Below, in pieces: positions 55,491 through 64,000 of a stretch of DNA of 64,000 nucleotides. Source of the DNA: Bryobacteraceae bacterium (GTDB lineage Bacteria; Acidobacteriota; Terriglobia; Bryobacterales; Bryobacteraceae); contig DASYSG010000045.1 in the NCBI GenBank assembly GCA_036003585.1, positions 37,094-101,093 of the forward strand, given 5' to 3'. Position 1 is the stretch's first letter. Each line of letters starts with the position of its first letter. A program made the position numbers and the translations under genes. The notes beneath the pieces are model-generated. The model saw nothing but the letters and a program-made list of their open reading frames with translations, ran no database searches and was not told where the DNA came from.

Positions 55491-56018
55491 TAACTTTAAT
55501 GATGACCGTGGCAAAGCCCCGACAAAACGGCAGGATCGGCCGAAACCGGACCATCAATCGGAATCAAAGGAGCGAACTACACTTAACTGATTGATCGTCT
55601 TGCTGGTAGTTTGTTGGGCACGCATCCCGCATTCGTGGCATGGCCGAGTCACTCACGTTGCGCCGCGCTTCTGTGGGAGATTGAAAGTCGGCACCCGGCG
55701 CCGGAAGAGATGCTGATCGATGTGGCCCGGTTCGCGCGACTTCTTCTTGCGGTGCACTAACCTCAGCCGGCATCGGAGCCCAAGAGGCCCGTTCCCCAAA
55801 ATGGCCCTGACCTGCTCGCGGTAATTCTGCTGCACGGATACACGCAAACCCGTGGACGTGGAGGCCGCTCATCCCCTCACTCACCGCCAAGTTCACCTTG
55901 GTCGCGCCAGCGGAAAGCTTTCGGCTCAAGTCGGGAGCGTGCTCCCGCTCGAACAAGCCCGTATCGCGCATGACGTCCTCTTTCTTGTCGGGCGAAGTCG
56001 TGAAGGCGACGACGTCGG

Positions 56019-56417
56019 TTATGCGCCTTTGTATTGTTCGTCGCTGACATTTTCCATCCACTCGGCCGACTTGCCATCCAGTTGCTCAACAATGGCAATG
56101 TGCGTCATGGCCGTGGTCGGCCCGGCCCCATGCCAATGCTTCTCTCCAGGAGGAAACCAGATTACATCTCCCGGCCGGATCTCCTCGATCGGGCCTCCCC
56201 ACCGCTGCGCTCGGCCATATCCCGCCGTGACGAACAAGGTCTGTCCTAGCGGGTGCGTATGCCAGGCTGTCCGGGCGCCTGGCTCGAACGTGACACTGGC
56301 CCCGAAAACACGCGCCGGAGGAGGCGCGGTGAAGAGCGGATCAACGCGCACCGAGCCGGTGAAATATTCTGCTGGTCCTTTCCCTGAAGGCTGCGTTCCG
56401 CCTCGTTTGATTTCCAT
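56019..56417 (-). CDS. Cupin-domain protein
   Basis: '[52 protein letters not shown]'. The ATG at 56417 ('MEIKRGG') was chosen over the longer ORF. Confidence 0.75.
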   Translation of the reverse strand: MEIKRGGTQPSGKGPAEYFTGSVRVDPLFTAPPPARVFGASVTFEPGARTAWHTHPLGQTLFVTAGYGRAQRWGGPIEEIRPGDVIWFPPGEKHWHGAGPTTAMTHIAIVEQLDGKSAEWMENVSDEQYKGA

Positions 56418-56448
56418 TGTTTGTGAACCTCTGCTGTTTGGATTTGAA

Positions 56449-57459
<1,011 letters not shown>

Positions 57460-57579
57460 TCACATCCAAGATACGTTCAAGTAGAGTGATGCTGGGGCTG
57501 TAATGCCGCATTTCGTTTGACTCGAGCGTAGCAGGACGATAGACTGGGCCGCAGCGTAGTGCAGAGGAGGTTGGCCGAG

Positions 57580-58005
57580 ATGACATTCAAGTTCCGCGCG
57601 GCGCTGGTCGCGGGTCTGGCTCTATTCGGGGCGATCGCGCCGATCCTGGCGCATCATTCGTTCGCGGCCGAGTACGACTCCACTAAGACTGTCACGGTCA
57701 AGGGAACCATCAACAAGCTGTCCTGGGTCAATCCCCACGCTTACGTGTTCGTGGACGTGAAGGATTCGAGCGGCAAGGTCACCACCTGGGCCTTCGAGTC
57801 GCTGAGCCCCAACGCGCTCTCGCGCCAGGGATGGAATCGAAATTCCCTGAAGCAGGGCGAAGAAGTCACCGTCGAAGGATACATGGCGAAAGATGGCAAG
57901 CCTCTGGCCGATGGCTCGATCCACGCCAATTCCCGCGCGATCACCCGGTCCGACGGCCGTAAGGTGTTCGTGGGTTCCTCCGCCGACGACGTACCATCCA
58001 AATGA
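57580..58005 (+). CDS. DUF6152-like secreted protein
   Basis: RBS GAGGAGG upstream of the ATG at 57580. 'AHHSFAAEYDSTKTVTVKGTINKLSWVNPHAYVFVDVKD'. A paralog lies at 60538..60930. Confidence 0.65.
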   Translation: MTFKFRAALVAGLALFGAIAPILAHHSFAAEYDSTKTVTVKGTINKLSWVNPHAYVFVDVKDSSGKVTTWAFESLSPNALSRQGWNRNSLKQGEEVTVEGYMAKDGKPLADGSIHANSRAITRSDGRKVFVGSSADDVPSK

Positions 58006-58775
58006 CCAAGCGACATCTCAGTTCCCTGGCGGCCGCCGCAGCCATCGCGGCCCTTCTGCCGCTAGTGCCGGTTACCAGCCACGCCCAATCCGACGCCAAG
58101 GGTAAGGGCGGAAAGGGCGGCGGCAAACAGGATCAGAAAGACACGCTCACACCATCCGGTCCGGCCCCTAAGATGCCTGACGGGAAACCGGACTTGTCCG
58201 GAGTCTGGACCCCGGGACTTAGCTTCACCCAGATGGGACAAGTCCCACTGCAACCCTGGGCGGAGGAGGTCTATAAGCAGCGCCGGGCGAATTTGAGCAA
58301 GGACGATCCCGAAGGCCACTGCCTTCCCGCCGGCGTTCCGCGCATTTCGCCCTTTTTGCAAAAATTCGTCCAGACGCCGGCCCTGCTGGTGATCCTGGAT
58401 GAGGGGAACATCCACAGCTATCGCCAGGTGTTTCTGGACGGCCGTCCGCATCTGGACGACCCCGGTCCGCTGTGGATGGGCGATTCCATCGGCAATTGGG
58501 ACGGCGACACCCTGGTGGTGGACACCAAGTATCTGAACGACAAAACCTGGCTGAACGGGCAAGGTCTGCCCCATAGCGAGGATCTGCACGTGGTGGAACG
58601 CCTTACCCGCCCCGATTTAGGGCACTTGAACATAGAGATCACCATGGAGGACCCCAAGGCGTTCACCAAGGCTCACACCTTCACGCGAACATATCTGCTC
58701 CGGCCCACCTGGGAGATCCAGGAGTACGTTTGCAACGAGTTCAACGTCGATCAGGACCACCTGGTAGGAAAGTAA
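58002..58775 (+). CDS. Secreted hypothetical protein (paralog family B)
   Basis: Signal peptide, then 'PDLSGVW...LSKDDPEGHCLPAGVPR...GNIHSYRQVFLDGRPH...GDSIGNWDGDTLVVDT'. ATGA overlap with the preceding gene (58002-58005). Confidence 0.65.
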   Translation: MTKRHLSSLAAAAAIAALLPLVPVTSHAQSDAKGKGGKGGGKQDQKDTLTPSGPAPKMPDGKPDLSGVWTPGLSFTQMGQVPLQPWAEEVYKQRRANLSKDDPEGHCLPAGVPRISPFLQKFVQTPALLVILDEGNIHSYRQVFLDGRPHLDDPGPLWMGDSIGNWDGDTLVVDTKYLNDKTWLNGQGLPHSEDLHVVERLTRPDLGHLNIEITMEDPKAFTKAHTFTRTYLLRPTWEIQEYVCNEFNVDQDHLVGK

Positions 58776-58917
58776 GGACTTCAGTTCTAGTCCTTCGAAC
58801 ACAACCGTACTGAAGGGAAACCAGAAGCGCGCTAGGGGTGCTTTCATGGCCCCAGAGGTTCCTCACTTAGTGCTTTCCGGACGCTTTTCCCGCATGCTGT
58901 TACCAGGAGATACACAG

Positions 58918-59124
58918 ATGCGTAAAAGGATCGTATGTTGCATTTCGGGAGGTCTTCTCGGATTCGCTCTTTCGGGAAGCATCGGCGATGCCCTGGGGCT
59001 CACGGGAACGCTCGGATCCGTGTTCTCCACAGCAGTGGGACTGGCGCTGGGTTATGTGGTCAGCACGCTGATGGACGTGTTCACGGCGAAACCAGACAGC
59101 CTGCTGCCCGGCCGGCAGGAGTAA
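58918..59124 (+). CDS. Small glycine-zipper membrane protein
   Basis: RBS AGGAGA upstream of the ATG at 58918. 'CCISGGLLGFALSGSIGDALGLTGTLGSVFSTAVGLALGYVV'. Confidence 0.45.
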   Translation: MRKRIVCCISGGLLGFALSGSIGDALGLTGTLGSVFSTAVGLALGYVVSTLMDVFTAKPDSLLPGRQE

Positions 59125-59125
59125 T

Positions 59126-59761
59126 CTACTTCCCGACCAGGTGGTTCTGCTCGGTACAGAACCTCTCCTGGATTTCGCGATTCGCCGGCACGAACGTGCG
59201 CGTAAAGCTATAAGGCCTCGTCAGGAATTTCGGATCCTCAAGCGTATACTGAACCTCCAGGCTGCCCGCATCGGGACGCCGGTAGCGTTCGATGACATGA
59301 AGCTGATCGCTGTGAGGTTTCCCGGTGTCATCCAGCCAGCTCCGGTCGTTGAAACCGATGGTGTCCACCACCAGCGTGGTTCCCTCCCACTTTCCGGTGG
59401 AATCCCCGGTCCAGCTATTCGGCTCCAGATCCAGGTTGTGAGCGCGGCCATCCAGGAAAAATCGCCGGAAGCTGTGCGTATTGCCCTCGGAAAGCAGAAC
59501 CACGAGCTGCGGCGTCTGGACAATCTTATAGGGCAGCGAAGTCACCCGCACCACACCGTTAGGCAGGCAGTACGCCGCGGGATCGTCTTTCGACAGGTTG
59601 GCTTTGCGCGCCTGCCACAGCTTGAGCGCCTCGGGACGGTAGGGCAGATCGTCCGGCAGGTTGGCCGATCCGCGTACGATCCATACGCCCGACAGATCGG
59701 GAACGCCCTGTGCGACCAGAGCCGCCGCGGCGCACGCGAGCAGTACAATCGAGCGAATCAT
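59126..59761 (-). CDS. Secreted hypothetical protein (paralog family B)
   Basis: The ATG at 59761 gives 'MIRSIVLLACAAAALVAQG'. ATGA overlap with the upstream paralog (59758-59761). Shared motifs are 'LSKDDPAAYCLPNGVVR' and 'GNTHSFRRFFLDGRAH'. Confidence 0.65.
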   Translation of the reverse strand: MIRSIVLLACAAAALVAQGVPDLSGVWIVRGSANLPDDLPYRPEALKLWQARKANLSKDDPAAYCLPNGVVRVTSLPYKIVQTPQLVVLLSEGNTHSFRRFFLDGRAHNLDLEPNSWTGDSTGKWEGTTLVVDTIGFNDRSWLDDTGKPHSDQLHVIERYRRPDAGSLEVQYTLEDPKFLTRPYSFTRTFVPANREIQERFCTEQNHLVGK

Positions 59762-60531
59762 TTTCCGACCAGATGGAGTACGTCGGAATTGTTCTCGTTG
59801 CAAACGTACTCGCTCATCTCGATCTCGGTCTCGAGCGTCGAAACCCGCTGGATCGTCCAGGGCTTGCTGTAGGTCCCCGGATCTTCAATCGTGACGCCGA
59901 TATCGAGGTTCCCGAAATCGCGGCGATGATAACGCTCGATCACGTGAAGCTGGGTCGTGTGAGGATGACCCGCCATATCGAACCAGAATTTGTCGTTGAA
60001 TCCGACCGTATCCACCACCAGCGTGGTTCCCTCCCCTGCTCCAGACCATGATCCGATGGAATCGCCGTACCACAGAGGCTCCGTGATCTTGGGGTGCTCG
60101 CGGCGATCCAGAAACATCTGCCGGTAGCTATGAATGTTGCCTTCGAATAACATCAGCAGGAGTTTGGGCGTCTGCACCAGTTGATAATGATACGGCGCCG
60201 CGCGGGGGACGCCTCCCGGCAGGCAGCGGGCCTCGGGATCGTCGGCCGAATAGTTGTTGGTGCGCTCCGCGGTGAGCTTCTCCGCCCAAGGCAACATCAC
60301 CGGAGGCTCCTGATTGGGCAGCGCGCGCTGGCCGTTCCAGATACCCGAAAGATCGGGCCTGCCGTCCGGCATGTGCGGAACCGGGCCCTTGGGACCAGCG
60401 GGAGGAAGACCCTTGGGAGCGGCGGCGCCCGGCGGCGTGATGACTTTCCCAGTAATCTTGATGTCGTCTTGAGGTAATAGTAAGCTCGCAGCCGCGAGGC
60501 TGAAGGCGACAACCAGGTAAATCTTCTTCAC
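59758..60531 (-). CDS. Secreted hypothetical protein (paralog family B)
   Basis: 'MKKIYLVVAFSLAAASLLL', 'YSADDPEARCLPGGVPR' and 'GNIHSYRQMFLDRREH'. Confidence 0.65.
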   Translation of the reverse strand: MKKIYLVVAFSLAAASLLLPQDDIKITGKVITPPGAAAPKGLPPAGPKGPVPHMPDGRPDLSGIWNGQRALPNQEPPVMLPWAEKLTAERTNNYSADDPEARCLPGGVPRAAPYHYQLVQTPKLLLMLFEGNIHSYRQMFLDRREHPKITEPLWYGDSIGSWSGAGEGTTLVVDTVGFNDKFWFDMAGHPHTTQLHVIERYHRRDFGNLDIGVTIEDPGTYSKPWTIQRVSTLETEIEMSEYVCNENNSDVLHLVGK

Positions 60532-60537
60532 GGCGTT

Positions 60538-60930
60538 CTATTTATCCGCCACATCCGCCGAGGACCCGCCGAAAACCCTGCGCCCGTCCGGCAGAGTGAC
60601 TCGCCGTGCGTTCGCCATGGACTTGGTTCCGTCCTTGGGCAGATAACCTTCGACGGTGATCTGATCGCCTACCTTGAGGGAATCTTTCCGCCAGCCCTGC
60701 TTGAGCAGCACGGGGATCGCACCCAGCTCGAAATTCCAGTTGGTCACCTTGCCGCTCGAGTCCTTCACGTCGACATAGAAATGCGCATGCGGATTCATCC
60801 ACTCCATCTTGGTGACCGTGCCGGTGACTTTCAGGGTCTTGTTGAAGTCGTACTCGGCCTCAAAGGAATGATGGGCCAGGACAGGAAGCACCAGGGCAGC
60901 CAGAATCGGGCACAGAGTCAGAACGCGCAT
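60538..60930 (-). CDS. DUF6152-like secreted protein
   Basis: 'AHHSFEAEYDFNKTLKVTGTVTKMEWMNPHAHFYVDVKD'. It is a paralog of 57580..58005. Confidence 0.65.
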   Translation of the reverse strand: MRVLTLCPILAALVLPVLAHHSFEAEYDFNKTLKVTGTVTKMEWMNPHAHFYVDVKDSSGKVTNWNFELGAIPVLLKQGWRKDSLKVGDQITVEGYLPKDGTKSMANARRVTLPDGRRVFGGSSADVADK

Positions 60931-60944
60931 GTTTGTAGCATCTA

Positions 60945-61565
60945 TTATGCTCGTGCGGCTGTCAAGGGAGGCACGCCTGCGAGCTGGTCCACGCCGTCGA
61001 ACTCGGCTTCATTCATATTCACCCAGCCCATCCGGCCGGATGGAAGCTTCACCTGGGCCCACCACGATTTCTTTCCCATGTCGACGTAGGTCCCGGAGCA
61101 GTGATCTCCTCCACAACCCGAGCCGTCAGGCCATTTCGTGACGGTAATATCGAATTCGGGATAAAACCTGCCTTTGAACCATACCGATGAGATACCTTCG
61201 CCGAGATATGTATAGGTCAGGATCGTATCGCCCCGCCGCAGTCCCCCGCCCGGCAGGTCGCGATCCATGCGGATTTTCCCGGGCCGAATGGTTATGACCA
61301 CTCCTGTAACGCCAGTCACTTTATCCCCTGTCGCGAGGCGTCCAACCGGCTTGCGCTTATTCTCCCAGGTGTCGTATACCACCAGCGGTTTGCGCGCCGT
61401 CCATTCACGGTACGTGCAGCCCTCGAAGGGACAGGCGTTCCAGTCAAGATAGGGAAGCGAGGGAGCAGCCATAGCCTTCGATTCAACGATAACTGGCGCC
61501 TGCTGCTGGCAAAACAGCGGGATGATGACCGTGGCACACGCAAACGCCGAGACAACCTTCCGCAT
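60945..61565 (-). CDS. Secreted hypothetical protein
   Basis: Signal peptide 'MRKVVSAFACATVIIPLFCQQQ'. Long ORF with no assignable family. Confidence 0.5.
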   Translation of the reverse strand: MRKVVSAFACATVIIPLFCQQQAPVIVESKAMAAPSLPYLDWNACPFEGCTYREWTARKPLVVYDTWENKRKPVGRLATGDKVTGVTGVVITIRPGKIRMDRDLPGGGLRRGDTILTYTYLGEGISSVWFKGRFYPEFDITVTKWPDGSGCGGDHCSGTYVDMGKKSWWAQVKLPSGRMGWVNMNEAEFDGVDQLAGVPPLTAARA

Positions 61566-61697
61566 AGCTTAAGCGTACCCTCGTCTATCGCCTATTCGTG
61601 CCAGTACTTGAGATCTAGGGTGTTGGCTGGAACTAATCCTTATCTAAGTAGAACCACCTACCCATGCGTGAATCTGCGCCCGTTCTTAAGATGAGCC

Positions 61698-61895
61698 ATG
61701 AAGCGAACACAGCGCGTAGACGACAACAAGGAATGTGTTGACTGCCGCACGATTCTGCGTGCTGGAGCGCCCGTGTGCGGAGCCTGCGGGGGCATGGACT
61801 TCCGGTATCCGAAGAAGTCGAGGATCCCTTATGACGCGGTCGCGGCCTTTATTGGCGTGATGGCCGTCATTCTGTATTGGATCGTCCGCAGTTAG
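61698..61895 (+). CDS. Small zinc-ribbon plus TM protein
   Basis: 'CVDCRTILRAGAPVCGACGG' is followed by 'AVAAFIGVMAVILYWIV'. Confidence 0.4.
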   Translation: MKRTQRVDDNKECVDCRTILRAGAPVCGACGGMDFRYPKKSRIPYDAVAAFIGVMAVILYWIVRS

Positions 61896-61898
61896 CAT

Positions 61899-64000
61899 TC
61901 AATAGTGGAACCGGTATCTAACCTGAACGTAGATCTGCCTTGGCTCCGCGTAGTGCGTCCCCCCGAACGTCTCACTGTTATCGAGTAAGAAGCGCCGGTT
62001 TGCCACATTCAGCGCCGTAACCCCGATGGTCAGATTTTGCGCGATCGGCTTGCTGAGCGAAAGGTCCAACGTCGTGTGCTGCTCCAGATGCGCGGGCACC
62101 TCGCTCGATCCGTCCGTGAATCCAGAGCCGTAGTACAAGTTACCGCCGGCAGTGGTTTGCCACGGCAGACGAAAGTTGAAGCCGGCGTGCAGCGTGTGGG
62201 TCTGATCATGATCCAGCAGGAAGTAGCCGCTCTGAGGAGGCGAGAAGTCGGTCAGACCGCCATTGACTGCGCCGGAACCTTCGGCGTGCGCAAACGCATA
62301 GCTGAGATACACCTCGCCGCGGTGGGCGATCTGCGGAGAGCGAATGCTCAATTCCCACCCATACAGCCGCGCATTGTCGATCGTCAGAGGGAAGAAAATG
62401 TTCGAGTTGCCGATCGCATTGTGATCGAAGTAATTCCGCGCACGCTGATGATAATCGTTCACATCGAATGACCAGCCGCGCAGGGGAATCGTAAGCCCGA
62501 ATTGATGTTCTTGATCACGCTCGCCGCGCAGAGGGATGAAGTCCAGGCCCTGCGACAGCGCGAAACCCAAGAGAGGTCCGCTTACGGTGGACAGCGGCGG
62601 GGCCTGGTAGTACTCACCCCAGAACCCTCGCAGGACCCAGTTCAAGTGCGGGATGCGAATGGTTCCCCCAAGCCGGGGACTCGCCGCATTCTCCGCAAGC
62701 GCCCCACTGAAGTGCGTGAGCCGCGCTCCCGCGGTCAGCGTGAGCCAATCCAGAGGTTTGTACTGCTCCTCCGCGTAGAACGTTTCCAGATGCCCGGATG
62801 TGTTCTGCTCCTGGGCTAGCCCGAGTCCGGAGCCATCATGGGCGATCAAATCGATCGATTCGGCGTCCTTCTGCCCGAAACCATAAACACCGATACTAGC
62901 GTTATGATGCGTCGTCACCGCATTGAAGACGATTTGCGCACCGGCATATTGCGAGCCTCGATGCTGCGTGGGGCTGATCGGCGTGTCACTAGGGCTGCCG
63001 TCGTAATTAGCGCGATTGTAGTGATAAAACGGCGACACTGTAAGCAGCATTCCCGGCCGGAAGGTATGCGCCCAGGAGAGACTTCCCAGCGCATCGCGTT
63101 CCCGTTCGAGATCGCGAATTCCCGCCTGCTGAGCGTCCGGATCGTTCGGAATTTGATAATCGTCGCGCCGCAGTGACGTTACGAAACGAAGCTGATCGTT
63201 CGCGTCCCGATTGTAGATCAGCGTCCCCATGCCGCCGAATCCCGACACCCGATCGTGCAATACATCGGGACCGGGTGTTTCCAGGCCGTAATCGCTGCGG
63301 TTGCCGTTGAAGCTGCCGAAATAAGCGAATTTCTCACTGTGGCTGCCGAAATTCACCTGATCGTTGGTCTGATGAAATGTGCCATAAGTCGCAGACAGTT
63401 CGGCTTCATTACTACGTTCGAAGCCGGTCCTCGGCACCACATTGAATACGCCGTAAGTACGATCGCCGTATGCAGCGGAATAGCCGCCGCGCTGCGCCTC
63501 CAGATAATCGATATCCTTGGGGTCGATCTGGGGTCCGACATTACTCGCGATATTGGTATTGGGGATCGGAACGCCGTCAATCGCCCAGGTCACCTGGTGC
63601 CCGCCGCGCACATGCAGCTGGTCATGGGTCACCCAGGCCCCGGGAACGTAGTCGGTGATCGCCTTCAGGCTGTTGCTCAAATCCGCGCCCGGCGTGGTTT
63701 CGATTTCGCTTCGGCTGACGATCGTGGCGGGTGTCACCTGCTCTGGGTTCACGGTTAAGGCAGGCTCGGCTACCGTGACCTGGTCGCTTCGGGTCCCGAT
63801 CGCGAGCTGAAAATGCAGCAAAGGAGCGCTGCCGGAGGCCACGACAATCTGCTGTTGAGACGGCGCGAATCCTTCCTTGGCGACTGTGACGACGTAGGAT
63901 CCTACCGGAAGCGCGGTCGCTTCGAAAGCCCCATCGGCATCGGTGGTCAGATCCCGGGAGTATTCTGAGTTGCTCGACTTCACGATTACCTGCGCTCCCT
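61899..64000 (-). CDS. TonB-dependent receptor with a carboxypeptidase-regulatory-like N-domain (5' end outside the window)
   Basis: The frame stays open to nt 64000. 'DADGAFEATALPVGSYVVTVAKEGF' marks the CarbopepD_reg-like domain. A beta-barrel follows and ends in the aromatic 'YVQVRYRFHY'. Confidence 0.8.
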   Translation of the reverse strand, partial: GAQVIVKSSNSEYSRDLTTDADGAFEATALPVGSYVVTVAKEGFAPSQQQIVVASGSAPLLHFQLAIGTRSDQVTVAEPALTVNPEQVTPATIVSRSEIETTPGADLSNSLKAITDYVPGAWVTHDQLHVRGGHQVTWAIDGVPIPNTNIASNVGPQIDPKDIDYLEAQRGGYSAAYGDRTYGVFNVVPRTGFERSNEAELSATYGTFHQTNDQVNFGSHSEKFAYFGSFNGNRSDYGLETPGPDVLHDRVSGFGGMGTLIYNRDANDQLRFVTSLRRDDYQIPNDPDAQQAGIRDLERERDALGSLSWAHTFRPGMLLTVSPFYHYNRANYDGSPSDTPISPTQHRGSQYAGAQIVFNAVTTHHNASIGVYGFGQKDAESIDLIAHDGSGLGLAQEQNTSGHLETFYAEEQYKPLDWLTLTAGARLTHFSGALAENAASPRLGGTIRIPHLNWVLRGFWGEYYQAPPLSTVSGPLLGFALSQGLDFIPLRGERDQEHQFGLTIPLRGWSFDVNDYHQRARNYFDHNAIGNSNIFFPLTIDNARLYGWELSIRSPQIAHRGEVYLSYAFAHAEGSGAVNGGLTDFSPPQSGYFLLDHDQTHTLHAGFNFRLPWQTTAGGNLYYGSGFTDGSSEVPAHLEQHTTLDLSLSKPIAQNLTIGVTALNVANRRFLLDNSETFGGTHYAEPRQIYVQVRYRFHY

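Noticed and set aside
55564-56061. 165-aa minus-strand ORF and 232-aa plus-strand ORF (55852..56550) next to the tRNA. I briefly considered an SDR- or CMD-like remnant.
   Set aside because: The motif order does not fit an SDR. The plus-strand ORF is antisense to the cupin gene. There is no supportable assignment.

Overview
This is a bacterial chromosomal segment. Sampled 60-nt lines run about 55-60% GC. The flanking gene content (a TonB-dependent receptor with a carboxypeptidase-regulatory-like domain, DUF6152-type clusters, secreted esterases) suggests an Acidobacteriota-like genome, but that is inference only. The outer parts (1-4333 and 55446-64000) look like ordinary chromosome: a ceramidase-like hydrolase, two secreted esterases, a cupin, an aldo/keto reductase, a paralogous secreted-protein cluster and a TonB receptor. 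The central ~51 kb (4334-55445) is a mosaic island integrated at a tRNA-Pro(UGG) gene. The intact tRNA lies at 55369-55445 (-), and an exact 51-bp copy of its 3' half lies at 4334-4384. The island carries: (1) two RHS/YD polymorphic-toxin operons with ATGA-coupled candidate immunity genes; (2) an S-4TM membrane protein plus SMODS nucleotidyltransferase pair, resembling a minimal CBASS; (3) an excisionase/tyrosine-integrase mobilisation module (Replic_Relax, VirD4/FtsK-like ATPase, Dam methylase, DUF2958) with an attached Ubl/E2-like/JAB/E1 cassette; (4) a CHAP-propeller lipoprotein; (5) a large serine recombinase module; (6) regulators and an amidase. The item I rate highest is a six-gene, translationally coupled operon at 48092-53202: WYL regulator, ubiquitin-like protein, E2-like protein, JAB::E1 fusion, a 577-aa kinase-fold protein, and a CPCGC Cys-rich protein. 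A palindromic operator candidate sits upstream of it, and a decayed duplicate of the other JAB-E1 pair sits beside it. All functional calls come from motif recognition by eye. No database search, HMM search or structure prediction was possible, so family names are hypotheses to test.
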